DNA from: the human T2T-CHM13v2.0 reference genome, Homo sapiens
Assembly: GCF_009914755.1 (NCBI RefSeq)
Contig: NC_060947.1
Strand: one strand, 5' to 3'
Length of the DNA stretch: 64,000 bases
Shown piece by piece: positions 1-15,254 of this stretch. The notes under the pieces are model-generated. The model was not told the origin of the DNA. It made no database searches and worked only from the letters and a program-made list of their open reading frames with translations. The number at the start of each line of letters is the position of its first letter. Positions within the stretch are counted from its first letter, which is position 1. Made by a program: the position numbers and the translations under genes.

Positions 1-886
1 TTTTATTTCTCCTTCACTTATGAAGCTTAGTTTGGCTGGATATGAAATTCTGTGCTGAAAATTCTTTTCTTTTAAGAATGTTGAATATTGGCCCCCACTC
101 TCTTCTGGCTTGTAGAGTTTCTGCCGAGAGATCAGCTGTTAGTCTGATGGGCCTCCCTTTGTGGGTAACCCGACCTTTCTCTCTGGCTGTCCTTAACATT
201 TTTTTCCTTCATTTCAACTTTGGTGAATCTGACAATTATGTGTCTTGGAGTTGCTCTTCTCAAGGAGTATCTTTGTGGTGTTCTCTGTATTTCCTGAATT
301 TGAATGTTGGCCTGCCTTGCTAGATTGGGGAAGTTCTCCTGGGTAATATCTTGCAGAGTGTTTTCCAACTTGGTTCCACTCTCCCTGTCACTCTCAGGTA
401 CACCAATTAGACATAGATTTGGTCTTTTCACATAGTCCCATATTTCTTGGAGGCTTCGTTTGTTTCTTTTTACTCTTCTTTCTCTAAACTTCTCTTCTCG
501 CTTCATTTCATTCATTTGATCTTCCATCACTGATAACCTTTCTTCCAGTTGATCGAATTGGCTACTGAAGCTTGTGCATGCGTCACGTAGTTCTCATGCC
601 ACGGTTTCCGCTCCATCAGTTCATTTAAGAACTTTTCTACACTGGTTATTCTAGTTAGCCATTCATCTAATCTTTTTTCAAGGTTTTTAGCTTCTTTGTG
701 ATGGGTTGGAACATTTTCCTTTAGCTTGGAGAAGTTTGATTGTCTGAAGCCTTCTTCTCTCCACTCATCAAAGTCGTCCTCCGTCCAGCTTTGTTCTGTT
801 GCTGGCGAGGAGCTGCGTCCCTTTGGAGGAGAAGAGGCGCTCTGATTTTTAGAATTTTCAGCTTTTCTGCTCTGGTTTCTCCCCAC
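1..886 (-). pseudogene. Frameshifted L1 ORF1p
   Basis: ORF1 is split across ORFs 527-886, 132-530 and 14-199 in different frames. Confidence 0.9.
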
Positions 887-1910
887 GTTTTTGGTTTTAT
901 CTACCTTTGGTCTTTGATGATGGTGATGTACAGATGGGGTTTTGGTGTGGATGTCCTTTCTGTTTGTTAGTTTTCCTTCTAACAGTCAGGACCCTTAGCT
1001 GCAAGTCTGTTGGAGTTTGCTGGAGGTCCACTCCACACCCTGTTTGCCTGGGTATCACCAGTGGAGGCTGCAGAACAGCAAATATTGCAGAACAGCAAAT
1101 GTTGCTGCCTGATCATTCCTCTGGAAGCTTTGTCTCAGAGGGGCACCTGGCCGTGTGAGGTGTCCGTCTGTCCCTCCTGGGAGGTGCCTCCCTTTTTGGC
1201 TACTCGGGGGTCAGGGATCCACTTGAGGAGGCAGTCTGTCCGTTCTCAGATCTCAAACTCTGTGCTGGGAGAATCACTACTCTCTTCAAAGCTGCCAGAC
1301 AGGGACATTTAAGTCTGCAGAAGTTTCTGCTGCCTTTTGTTCAGCTATGCCCTGCCCCGAGAGGTGGAGTCTACAGAGGCAGGCAGGCCTCCTTGAGCTG
1401 CAGTAGGCTCCTCCCAGTTCGAGCTTCCCGGCTGCTGGCTGCTTTGTTTACCTATTCAAGCCTCAGCAATGGCGGGCACCCCTCCCCCAGCCTCGCTGCC
1501 ACCTTGCAGTTTGATCTCAGACTGCTGTGCTAGCAATGAGTGAGGCTCCATGGGTGTGGGACCCTCTGAGCCAGGCACGGGATATAGTCTCCTGGTGTGC
1601 CGTTTGCTAAGACCATTGGAAAAGCGCAGTTATTAGTGTGGGAGTGACCTGATTTTCCAGGTGCAGTCTGTCACAGCTTCCCTTGGCTAGCAAAGGGAAT
1701 TCCCTGACCCCTTGCAATTCTCAGGTGAGGCGATGCCTCGCCCTGCTTCAACTCTCGCTTGGTGGGCTGCACCCACTGTCCTGCACTCACTGTCCAACAC
1801 TCCCCAGTGAGATGAACCCTGTACCTCAGATGGAAATGCAGAAATCACCCGTCTTCTGCATCGCTCATGCTGGGAGCTGTAGACTGGAGCTGTTCCTATT
1901 CGGCCATCTT
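1..1910 (-). mobile_element. LINE-1 (L1PA6-like) 5' UTR and ORF1; element continues beyond the window start
   Basis: Reverse complement begins AAGATGGCCGAATAGGAACAGCTCC (L1 5' end with YY1 core). ORF1 pieces: MGRNQSRKAENSKNQSASSPPK, YVKRPNLCLIGVPE, ARREWGPIF. Retains the 129-bp 5'UTR segment absent from L1PA2/L1HS. Confidence 0.95.
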
Positions 1911-3752
1911 AGAGCTTGTTCTTTAGCCATATAGAATTCTTTTTTATTCCCTGGAAACCTCAGGCTGTTTCTTGTTTCTGTGCCTTTGCTTGTGCCATTC
2001 CGTCTGCTTGAAATACACCCTTCATACCCACATCCCCTCACCCTCACCCCACCTTCATCCAATTGGTTAGTACCTATGCATTCCTTAAAGATCACCTCCT
2101 ATTTCCTCAGCTTCCTTGATGCCCAGGGTAGACTTCCATCGTTACACTCTACTGTGTTCATCTGTTGATGAATCTGTCTCCACTTAGCAGATTTTAATCA
2201 CCTTGAGGGCAAGCACTGTATCCTGCACTTGTCAGTGTACTTGCGACATAGCAGGAGTGTAATATATGTATGCCAAATGAAAGAATTAATCAAATGCTTC
2301 CAGATATTTTGCTAGCTGTGGCTGCCTTGCCTTTTTACCCTGCTAACTGATGTTTTCACTGAAGTTATAATCACTTGTCCAGTTTTCTCACTGTGTTACA
2401 AGGCTTTCAAAAAGTAGAGCGGATTTTCATTGAGACTTTGCAAGACCACCTTAACATATAGGAAAATACTGTGTTTTGTTATCAAAACCAGGACTGGAAA
2501 GCACCTGCTTAGATGGACATTAGCCAAAACTATTGCCTCCCGCTCTGCCTGCTGGGAAGAATGCTTCAGATCTCACATTTGTTGTGAAAATACAGTCTCA
2601 TAGGTAAGAAGTGCTAAGTAAAGTAGCGGAGTGGAAGGTAAGAATGTTTCCTAGCAATTGAACATTTGTATCGTCTACAGTATTTGTGTTTCTGGATGGC
2701 AGGGGTCAGAGAGATATTTAATGTGCTGAAGAAATATGATGACAGCCATTTGTATCCAGAGATAAGAAAATGAAAGGTGGCTCATGATGTACAGGAGGTG
2801 CTGAGAGTGATTGAAAGTCTGTGAACTTGTATGTTTTCATGTCTGTCAGTGGGTATTTTTTCTCCTTCCTTCAAAGTGCCAGCCTTTTTATAAACAGTCT
2901 TTATTCTTCACCCCCTTTGAAAGAACAAACAAAGAAAAAAATCAACCTAGCATTTAATAGCCTTCGCTGAGAAAGAAGCAAGCGCATTCCAATGTGTCAC
3001 ATACCCACTTAGCCTAGCCTGGCAGAGGCTCTCACTTAGAAAAGGCTGCCATGATGTACCTGCAGAGCTTTGGCTGTGAAGGGATTTCAAAGGCTTTAGT
3101 GGTCCCAGCTTATTGTTTTTCACCAATGCCATCATCTCCAACAAAAGAAGCAGTGGCCCCATTGAGCCTTTCCTGCCTTGTTCTTTACTTCGGCAAGCTT
3201 CATCTTCTTTTGTTCCTGCTCAATCTTCACCTCTTTCAAAAGCATTCATATCTAACTCTCTCCGGGTTGGATGTTAGCACTGCCTTTTTCCTCCAATAGT
3301 AGGAGTGTATCCAAGGGAGAAGTTCAGTCCTTTGAAAGGAGCTGGATGTTGGCGGGAAGGTGGAGCTTGGGGATAAAGTTATAAAAGCAAATGCTGTATT
3401 TTCTTTTCAATAAATGCCCTTCAAATCTCACAGAAATCTTTGTCATAGGTTAAAATTGCTAAAGTCTCAGACTCTAATGCAGATCTTTATGGGGTTTTGT
3501 TCTTAAAAATTTGAGGACTTGATTTCAGTGGGCAATATTAGCTTGTATTGGATCTTTCATTTACTAAGTGGATTTTTGCAAAATGCAAGGTCTTTGCAAA
3601 TCCATAAATACACAAAGGGTAGCTCCTTCTTTCTCAGCCCTGGTCCTCTAATTAGCTTCATAAGGTATGAACCTCCAAACACCTACCATTTACCTTAAGG
3701 GTTCTGAAAGTACTGCCTTGGGAAGCTATTTCCCCCCACCCCCACCCCAGTG

Positions 3753-4023
3753 TTTTCTTTTTTGTTTTTACCCAGGTTGGAGTGCAGTAGCATGATCATA
3801 GGTCACTGCAGCCTCAAACTCCTGGGCTCAAGCTATCTTCCCATTTCAGCCTATGGAGTAGCTGGGACTAAGGTATGTGCCACCATGCTCTGCACATTTT
3901 TTTTTTAGAGGTGGGGTCTCGCTATGTTGCCCAAGCTGATCTCGAACTCCTGGCTTAATGGGATCGTCCTGCCTCAGCCTCCCAAAGTGTTGGGATTAGA
4001 GGCGTGAGTCACTGCACCTGGCT
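3753..4023 (-). mobile_element. AluJ
   Basis: Antisense Alu dimer with J-type GCAGCCTCAAACTCCTGGGCTCAAG. Confidence 0.9.
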
Positions 4024-4289
4024 GCCCTGGAAGGTATTAGCAAATCAATTCAACATAGTTTATCAGCACAAGTTGGGGAGATCAATAGGATGTTGAAGGG
4101 CATACAGGAGTATAAAGGGGTGCCTCATAGAGTTGGGGGAGGGTGTTTTTTACTTCCTCTAAAAGATTGGTGGATGAAGAGAATTGGGAAAGGGCAGATA
4201 TTTGACAGAAGGTCATGAGCTCCTGAGGGGAAGGAAAAGAATTTTCGTGAGATTCCTCCAAAACACTGTTTTTGGTTTCTTATGCATAA

Positions 4290-5130
<841 letters not shown>

Positions 5131-5619
5131 GAACTTACTGAGACACCTTCCTCCAGTGGTGTAAAAAATTGGGATGCAGAACTCCATTACCTTGAATGTA
5201 AAACACTGGGCATCGCACTGTCAGGAGTAGAGCTGGGTTGAGATGAGAGGAGCACAGGGAGAGGTTGGTCTCTGTGAACATAATCTCTAAAAGGGGTGCC
5301 TTTTCAACAAATATTGTAAAGGTTTTCTGCTGACTATGATGAAAAGACATCAGAGGAAGCAGTGTGAAAACTAGACACATGAGGAAGATAGCCAAGGATG
5401 ACATGTGTCCACTCCCCCTACTGGCTAACAGCCCAGGCCAACATAGCTTCATTCTGTCTAGCTCGGTCCCTGCCCCAATTGGAAACTGGTTATGCTTCTT
5501 TCCACTGACTGCTGGCAAACAGTTCTGTGTGACTGGGATTTGTGAGTAGTGGCAGCTTCAGGTCAATGCAGGCAGAGCTCACTCTGTGAAGACTTCATTT
5601 TCCTTCCTTTTTTCATTTT

Positions 5620-5838
5620 TGATAGTATATTTTATTTAACCTAATATATCCAAAATATTAAAATTTCAACATGTAATCAATATAAAAATAGTGAGATATT
5701 TTACATTCTTAATTTTCATATTAAGTCTATAAAATCCAGTGTGAATTTTGCACTTACAGCATATTTCACATTACACCAGCCACATGTCAAATGCTTGATA
5801 TCCACATGATCTAGTGGGTACAATATCGAATAGCAGGA
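5620..5838. mobile_element. MER33-like hAT-Charlie fossil
   Basis: tttaacctaatatatccaaaatatt...cacttacagc...ccacatg...ctagtgg resembles the recalled MER33/MER3 consensus. Confidence 0.7.
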
Positions 5839-5866
5839 TAGCACACTTATAGGCAATGGTGAACTG

Positions 5867-6163
5867 TTTTTTTTTTTTTTTTGAGACAGAGTCTTGCTCT
5901 TTCCCTCAGGCCTGACTGCAGTGGTGCTATCTAGGCTCACTGCAAGCTCCGCCTCCCGAGTTCACACCATTCTCCTGCCTCAGTCTCCCGAGTAGCTGGG
6001 ACTACAGGCACCCGCCACCGCACCCGGCTAATTTTTTGTATTTTTAGTAGAGACAGGGTTTCATCGTGTTAGCCGGGATGGTCTCGATCTCCTGACCTCA
6101 TGATCCGCCTGCTTCGGCCTCCCAAAGTGCTGGGATTACAGGCATGAGCCACCGCACCCGGCC
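5867..6163 (-). mobile_element. AluY (AluYe5-like diagnostics)
   Basis: Y-type gcaagctccgcctcc. Sense-strand GATAGC..CAGTC.GGCC..GAAAGAG diagnostics. TSD gcaatgg(t/a)gaactgtt. Confidence 0.85.
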
Positions 6164-6199
6164 TGCAATGGAGAACTGTTGAAGCATTTTTTTTTCAAT

Positions 6200-7400
6200 A
6201 ACTATACTTTTTACATGTCTTACATTTAAATAATATTTGCTTTATGTAGAGTTCCCATGTGCTCTTTATCCAGTTTTCCCAAGGTGAATGTTTTCATTTT
6301 TTCTATTTTATAACTTTTTTCGTTCTACCTCTTAGAAGATTTCCGTCATGTTTCTCTTTAAAATTATGAAGATTTAAGAAAATTCAAAATCTACATTTTA
6401 TTTCATATTTTTATTTTCTTAGAGCTTTTTCTTGTTTTCTGGATGTTCCTTTTTATAACCTACTGTTTTTGTTTCATGGATGTAATATCTCCTTTTATCT
6501 TTCTGGAGATATTAATTATAGCCTTTATCTACTACGCCCCACATTGTTTCTATTGCCTTAGTGGTTTTTTTTTTTTTTTTAAACTGTTTCCTGTCAGTGG
6601 TTTTCCTGAAATGTTTGGTGATTCCTGGTTGTCTTTTTATATTTAAGCATGCACCATTATTACATATTAAAGGACATAAATGGACATGCACATTGACTTG
6701 TCAACTAGTAAAAAAATCACATTGGGTGATTGTGTGGGGACACAACTTATTAATTTGGGTGGCGTATTAATATCTATAGATATTTTCTCATGGACCACTC
6801 TGTATCCCCATAGAGGTACCTTTCAATTTCCTGCCTGGGCAGTATAATCATGTCTGCAGGTATTGTCAAAGATACATGAGGGAAGGGAGCTGAGGGTTTC
6901 ACCATTCACTATGTGGCCATTCATTTAATGCCTTTCATTTCCATCCTTCACTTGTATCTTCAACTGTTCTTAGTGTCTCCAGGTACAGATTATGTCTGGT
7001 TTAACCTTACTAGAAATTGATCCTGGAGTAGTAGTAAGTAGTTGTCTGTTATCAGCCCCATTTTGCATCCCTTCTTTTAGTTATATCTTGCACCTCTAAT
7101 TCTTGTGCCTTCCCAGGACTTTTGAGGTCCAGATAAGCTTGTGCACTGATGAGTACTCTTAATGAAGGTTTATATTTCAACTTTCTTTAATCTGCTGTCA
7201 GTTACTGCCTAGTTTTTGGCTTTCCAGTTTTCTAAGATGTTTACTTCTTTTGTTTTCTGTTGCCTCTTCTCCCGTTCTCTTTGTACATATGGGTTTACGC
7301 ATTTATTATTCACTTACTGTCATTGCAGTGGGGATTCAGGAGAAAATGGAGATAAATGTGTGTGTTTAATTACATGTATTTAGCCAGAAGTGTCAATATT
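6200..7400 (-). mobile_element. Highly degenerate old L1M(E) fragment
   Basis: T-rich sequence with antisense L1ME-like motifs (tttcatggatgtaatatctcc...ctggagatattaattatag). Confidence 0.5.
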
Positions 7401-8515
7401 TGATTATAAGAATTACCCTGATATAAAAATGGTTACTGCCTGATGTGCTCTGTAACCGCCAGAGGCTGAAAAATGTCTCCTGTATGAACTTTGTCATGTT
7501 TTGGTGCCCTGAATGCTTAAAATTTCAAAGCTGTCATGGACAACGCTAACCCAACTGCCTCAAAGTGAATAACTGAATAGTTTTCCTCTCTCAGAACCCT
7601 GGGATTTTTCTCTGAAGGCACAAAGGGACAGAATTATAGCATGTTGGAGGTGGAAGAGTACTTCCAGATCATTGATCACAGTGTTTCCCAAGTTGTGATC
7701 TATGGAACATTTGTTCCTCAAGGTTCTCTGAGAGAAAAGGTTTCTGTGGTCAAATAAATTCAGAAACTCTCTATAGTAGTGCCCCACTTTGAGATTTCAC
7801 AGAACATACTTTTTTAGTCTCTGAGAAGTTTGCAGAAACTTTCATTACCAACATATGGCAGACTTTGCTGAGCTGGCACAAAAGGAAGGATTCTACAGAG
7901 GCCAAAAGTAGTTGAAAACAGGAGGAATCCTGAGAAGTAAACCAGCCTCCAAACTGGCATTTTCCCTGAGGACTTTTTCTCAACTCTGGAGAACTTGAGC
8001 TCCTCCTCCCCGTTAGTAACTGCTTAGGGGTCAGGAACAGAAGGTGCAGCCTAGAGCCTAGACAGACAGTTTTACAGGAAATCCCTGCATAAAGCTGGGA
8101 TCCCAAAAGCCACACCTTAATGTGATGGTGAATGATAACTAGTCCTGTAAGTATTAAAGAAATAAAATCAGTAGTTCAAATCATCCTGTGATGAGAACAG
8201 CAGGCTCAGATTGTTCAAAGGAGAGTTCAGCCTAACACTTTAAGAAGACATAATTTCAATTTTATACAAATTATTTTAGAGAAAGTAAGATGGGGAATAC
8301 ACCGCAACTTTTTCTGTGGAGTCAATAAAACCTTGATAACAAAATCAGATAAAGATAATTTAAGGAAAGGAAAATTACAGGACTAAGTCACTTATGAACA
8401 CGTTTAAAAATCTCAAACAAAATATTATAAAATAAAACCCAACAAAGTATAAAAAAGATAATTCTTCAGAACCAAGCAGAGGTTACCCTAGAAATGTAAG
8501 GTCGATTTAATATTA

Positions 8516-8830
<315 letters not shown>

Positions 8831-9020
8831 GAAAATCAATTAATGTAATTCACTATATTAACAGAAAATAATGTATGATGATGTCAATTGATGTAAAAAA
8901 GCATCAGGCAAAATTCAAAGTCCATTTATTTTTTTGAAAAAAGCTTTTCAAACCAGAAATAAAAGGGAACTTCTGTGTAACTTGATGCAGGAAATCTGTA
9001 AAAATCCTACACTGAACGTC

Positions 9021-9330
9021 TTTTTTCTTTTTCTTTTTTTCTTTTGAGACAAGGCATTGCTCTTCATCCCAGGTTGGAGTGCAGTGGCATGATCATAGCT
9101 CACTGTTATCTTGAGCTCTCGGGCTTATGTAATTCTCCTACTTGAGCCTCTCAGGCAGCTAGAAGTAAAGGCACCTGCCATTATGCTGAGCTAATTAAAA
9201 CAAATTATTTTTCTGTAGAGACAAGATTGTATCATGTTTCCCAGGCTGGTCTTGAACTCCTGGCCTCAAGCGGTCCTCCCCATTCTTGGCCAAAGTGCTG
9301 GGATTATAGGCTTGAGCCACCCCGTCTGCC
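9021..9330 (-). mobile_element. AluJ
   Basis: Diverged antisense Alu dimer. Confidence 0.9.
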
Positions 9331-10053
9331 CTCCACATAATTTCTGATGGGAGAATATTGAAAATATTCCTTTCAAGTTAAGAGACAAAGATGCTGACTC
9401 TCATTACTTACGTTTATTTAATATTATGCTTGAGGTTCTAGTCACTTTATGAAGACAAGAAAAATAAACAAAAGATACAATAATTGGAAAGGAGGAAATA
9501 AACTACCATTATTAGTAGATTATATGATTTTCTGCTTGGAAGATTTAAATATCTAAGGGTAATTATTATAACTAATTAGAATTTAGCAAGACTGACAGAT
9601 TTAAAAAATCAATGTACATAAATCAATTGCATTTCTATTCACCAGGAACAATTATTCAAAATGTTAAAAAGTACAATAAAAAAGAAAACATTTGATAGCA
9701 ATCACAAATATAAGGCAGCCAAGAATTAAAGTTCTTTATGGGGAGCATTGTAAAAACAGAGAGATATACCGTGGATAGGAAGTCTCACTACTAGAAATAC
9801 CAGAATTACTAAATTCATCTACAGATTTAACACAATTCCATTCAAATTCTCAATAGAGTTTTCCATAGAATTTGATATGCTGCTTCTAAAATTTATATGG
9901 AAGAGCCAAGGGCTAATAATACACTCCCAAAGATAAAACCAGCACACACCCAAAGAAAAAGAACCAGGCTGGGTATGGGGATGGAGTAGGTGGGGGCTTG
10001 TCCTTCCAAGGCTTACTATAAAAATACAATAATTAAGAATGTATTGATAATGA

Positions 10054-10690
<637 letters not shown>

Positions 10691-11349
10691 TCACCGCTGC
10701 GTGCCAACCCCAGCCCTGCTCTGCGGGACTCCTCCTGCTTTAGCTACACCACCGCTTCCTTTCACTTTTTCCTCCACTTTTTTCTTCTCTTGTTTTGTAT
10801 TTTTTTCTAATTTCTTTTCTGTCTCTTTCCCTGTTTCTTCCTTGCTTCTGAGCTTTTGTATCTCCGATTTACTTTTTTTCAGGTCATTACTAAGCAATAA
10901 ACCTTCTTTTGCATTGGCTATAACCTTAGTACTTGAGTTTTCTTGGCTATTTTTGTCATTACCCACTCTTCAGCAGCTGTTTTCTGGAAGAGATGTAGAA
11001 AAGAAAAGAAAACAAAACAAAACAGTCCTTCAGATTTTATGACTTTCTGGATGTTGGAGGTGTCAGAATACCGACCTCCAGGTAGAGGGGGGTAGAGAGA
11101 TCACAACACCACATATGTCTGGCAGTCTGGCTTCTGGAAACCTGAGTCGCCGGCATAATAGTGACTGCAAGTGAGAAGGACCTCAGATCATCAGGGCTGT
11201 AATAGTCACAACACCACGCAATTTACACTACAGGAGAGGTGTGGACTTAGTTTTAAGTCAGATGTTATTGATTTAGGGTTGTATAAAATTTATAGTTACA
11301 TCTTCCTCTATACGGGCTATTTTCTTTTTGTGTATACATACACATTTGT

Positions 11350-11945
11350 TTCTTGAACAACATGGGTTTGAACTGTGTGGGTCCACTTGTACTTTTTTCA
11401 GTAAAAATTACACCGAATGTGTTTGCCTCTCCTGCCTCCCCTTCAACCTCTTCCACCTCTGCCACACCTGAGACAGCAAGATCAAGCCCTCCTCTTCCTC
11501 CTCCACCTCAGCCTACTCAATGTGAAGACGATGAAGATGAGGACCTTTATGATGATCCACTTCCACTTAATGAATAGTAAATATATTTTTCTTCCTTATG
11601 ATTTTCTTTATCATCTTTTCTTTTCTTTTGTGGGACACAGAGTCTTGCTCTGTTGCCCAGGCTGGAGTGCAGTGGCACGATCTCGGCTAACTGCAATCTC
11701 CTCCCAGGTTCAAGTGATTCTCCTGCCTCAGCCTCAGCCTCCTGAGCAGCTGGGATTATAGATACGCACCACCATACCCGGTGCATTTTTGTATTTTTAG
11801 TAGAGACGTGGTTTCTCCAAGTTGGCCAGGCTGGTTTTGAACCCCTGACCTCAGGTGATCCGCCTGCCTCGGCCTCCCAAAGTGCTGGGATTACAGGTGT
11901 GAGCCACCACGCCTGGCCTTCTTTATAACTTTTCTCCAGCTTACC
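11350..11945. mobile_element. Tigger2a/MER28-like TcMar-Tigger fossil, interrupted by an Alu
   Basis: ttgaacaacatgggtttgaactg...cagcctactcaatgtgaagacgatgaagatgaggacctttatgatgatccacttccacttaatgaatag matches the recalled consensus. Confidence 0.85.
11616..11918 (-). mobile_element. AluS
   Basis: Antisense Alu dimer with a small cctcag duplication. Confidence 0.95.
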
Positions 11946-12439
11946 TTATCCTCTTTTGCTCTTTCTTCTTACCTGCTCAACCCCCTGCAGTCTGAGCACT
12001 CTTGTCTGGAGAATTTGTCTTTTCTTGGCTTCCATGAGTTCGTTCTCTCTTGATTTTCCTCATCTCTCTCCAGCCACTCACTCATTTTCTCTGAGTCTCT
12101 CTCATAATGTTGATGTTTCTTTGAGTTCCCATATTTGAACCAGTTCTCTGGTCACTCTGCTTACTATCTGTGGGTGAGCCCATCTGCACTTATGACTCCT
12201 ACTTCTAATCTCTTCAGTTCAGGCCTCTCACCTGAACTAAATTTCAATCATCTCCACATAGCCACCTGACATGCTGAAACCTGAACACCAGCTCTGTGGT
12301 ATGAGGAAGAGCAGAAAGAGGATCTTTCATGCCTTTCCATGTCATATTTGACCTGATCAGTATCTACAGCGAGCTTTCTGTTTTCTGGTTAGATGAACCC
12401 CAAGGTTCAGTTGCTTTCAGAATTAACCGTAAATCCTGA

Positions 12440-12650
12440 TTGTCTTAATTGAGACTTTAGCCAAATCTTTTAACCTCTCTAGGCCTCAATTTCCTCGTCC
12501 ATAAAATGGAGATCATAATAGTAATACCTTTTATATTGGGTTGTGGTGAAAGTTACAAAATTAAAGAATTAAGTGCATGGACACTCCTTAGTACTGCTTC
12601 TAGCATTTTGTGAGCATCTAGTTAGTGGTAGTTGACATTATTTATTATTG
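12440..12650 (+). mobile_element. MIR
   Basis: aacctctctaggcctcaatttcctcgtccataaaatggagat core. Confidence 0.75.
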
Positions 12651-12818
12651 TTATTGACATTTTTGTTCTTGAGTTGGTTGAGTTTGAATCCAAGTTGTAC
12701 TACTAACTCTCTGTTTTAAGTCTTACCATTATCTTCTCTAAGCTGGGAATGAAAACATCACGCAAGTAATATATACATATATGTATATATATTGTGGTAA
12801 ACATGAAATGCAATAATG

Positions 12819-13150
12819 CAGGAGTCTACAAACTTTTTCTATGAAGGGCTACATGGTCGATATTTTCACCTTTGCAGGCCAAATGTTCTCTCAAAACTAT
12901 TTGACTTTGCTGCTGTAGCAAAGAAGCAGCAGTAGACAATACTTAAATGAGAAAATGTGGTTGTTTCCTAATAAAACTTTATTTATGGACACTGAAATTT
13001 GAATTTAATATAATTTTCATGTTTTATGAAAGACTCTTTTTTTGATTTTTTTTTCATCATTCGAAAATGTAAAAACTGTTTAGCTCTAAGACCATACAAA
13101 AACACACAGGGATGAATTTGGCCCAAGGGCCATAGTTTACAGATCCCTGA
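12819..13150. mobile_element. MER58B hAT-Charlie fossil
   Basis: Ends caggagtctacaaac... and ...gtttacagatccctg; internal aataaaactttatttatggacactgaaatttg. Confidence 0.85.
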
Positions 13151-13729
13151 AATAATGCAAGCAAATTGGAGATTCTTGAAGAGGAGTGTATGTACTTGAA
13201 TTTGCTTGGCTGGAGAATAGCTATTCTCTATTTTGGAAAATTAGTTAAAGGAAAGGAGACTGCTTGGCTTTCCCACATAGGAGAGCTAGCTCTGGTCCTT
13301 ATCATTCCTGTTGTGTGGGAAGAACAGGGAGAGTCTGTAATCAGTCTTTGGCCTCTTTTAAAGTTCTACCTCTACAAAACGTGGTTCCCCCAAAATGTCT
13401 GTAAATCTTGTCAACCAGATTAGTCTTTCTCCTTGAGAAAGAGCAGAGAGTGGATCTTGCATAAAACCTGACCTAATTAGAAAATTAATTTCTTTTTATC
13501 CATTCATCTCACCACGCTCTGTCCCTTCCTTCCACAAGTATTTATTGGGTATCTACTTTTTCCCAGGCACTGTACTTCATACTGGAAATTCCCGGGGAAT
13601 AACACAGACAAAATTGCAACCCTCAAAGAGCTTACATTTTAGCAGGGGTGACAAACATTAATAATTTGTGTAATTATTTGGAGGAAAATGTAATTGATGC
13701 AAATTGATTTAGACATTCCACCTTTCTTT

Positions 13730-14650
13730 GTGATTGCTTGCCTACTTGACATTTCCACTTGGATGTCTCACTAGCTTTTCAGACTTAGTATGCTCCAAAC
13801 AGAATCATGATTGCCTCCATGCTATCTCCAAACCTTCTCTTTGCTCATGTCTTTGCCACTTTAGATAGTTTTTACCACCATCTCCTCAATTACTTAAGCA
13901 GAAATGGGGACTCATTCTTCACACTTCCCTCTCTCTTACCTCTCACATCTGGTCAATCTCTCTTTTGTCTCTAAAATACATTCAGAATTTGATTACCTGT
14001 CACAACTTCTAGCATTAACCCCCTCCTCCAAGTCACCATCATCTCTAGCCTGGACGACTGCAACAGCCTACGGTTTGGTAACCATGCTTTCATTTGAATC
14101 TTTCAGCTGTCTATACAGTGGAAATGAAATAAGATCATATCCCATTGCCCCCCAGCAAAAATCCTTCAGTAACTCCCCATTGCACTTAGAATACAATCCA
14201 AGCTCCTTATCATGGCATATCAGATCAGGTCCTGCACAATCTGGCCACTGCCTACCTCTCTTATCTCCTCTTGTGCTACTTCCCCACCCTGTAACCTCCA
14301 TTAGTAACCCAGCTACAGTCACACTGGCCTCTTTCTGTTCCTTAGGCACATGAAGCTCCGTCCTGTAATGAAGCCTTTGCACTTTTATTCCTTCTGCCTG
14401 GTATGTTTTCTCCCAGGTTTCCTCATGGCTGGCTGATTCTCATTATTCAGGTCTCAAGATGAAAGGTTACCTCTTCTCTTAGGTCTTTCCTAACCATCCC
14501 ATCTACAGTAGCTACACTTGCCCTCTTATACCTAATCACTATCATATCACTATTTATTTTCTTTGGAGTGGTTATTACTACCTAACATGTTTTTGTTTGC
14601 TCATTTATTGTTTCTCTCTTCCTATTAGAAAGTAACCTCCCTGAATGCTT
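13730..14650 (+). mobile_element. L2 fragment
   Basis: cctacttgacatttccacttggatgtctc...ccaagtcaccatcatctctagcctgga L2 3' motifs. Confidence 0.75.
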
Positions 14651-14941
14651 TCTGTCTTTAAGAGTCTTATTTTAGACATGGTAAGGTTTAGGTGCCTATG
14701 AGAGACAAACAAGTAGTGATATCAAGTAGGCAGTTGAATATGTTTAAGTTAAAAATGCTTAGGCTAGTGGCTGATACACATAGTACATACCCCATAACCT
14801 GCTAGCTATCATCATCATCCTCATCATCATGCAAGTTATTAATTGAAAAAGTAGTTAATTATATTTAATCTTATATGATGACATCAATCAATCAACCTTA
14901 TTGAACTAAATAGCTCCTTTCAACTTGTATTCTTTCTCTAC

Positions 14942-15254
14942 TTTTTTTTTTTTTTTTTTTTTTGAGACAGAGTCTCTCTCTGTCACATAGGCTGGAGTGC
15001 TGTGGTGTGATCTCGGCTCACTGCAACCTCCACCTCCAAGGTTCAACAGGTTCAAGCAATTCTCCTGCCTCAGCCTCCTGAGTAGCTGGGATTACAGACG
15101 TGCATTACCACCCCTGGCTAACTTTTGTATTTTTAGTAGAGGCAAGGTTTTGCCCTGTTGCCCAGGCTGGTCTTGAACTCCTGGCCGCATGTGATCTGCC
15201 CACCATGGCCTCCTAAAGTTCTGGGATTACAGGCATGAGCCAGCATGCCCAGCC
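14942..15254 (-). mobile_element. AluS
   Basis: Antisense Alu with poly-T and a small aggttcaac duplication. Confidence 0.95.

Noticed and set aside
1469-1543. ORF0 of the first L1
   Set aside because: Terminated after 24 codons by TGA, probably CpG decay.
11353-11577. Pro/Ser-rich, acidic-tailed ORF resembling a transcription-factor fragment
   Set aside because: It lies wholly within the Tigger2a/MER28 fossil.
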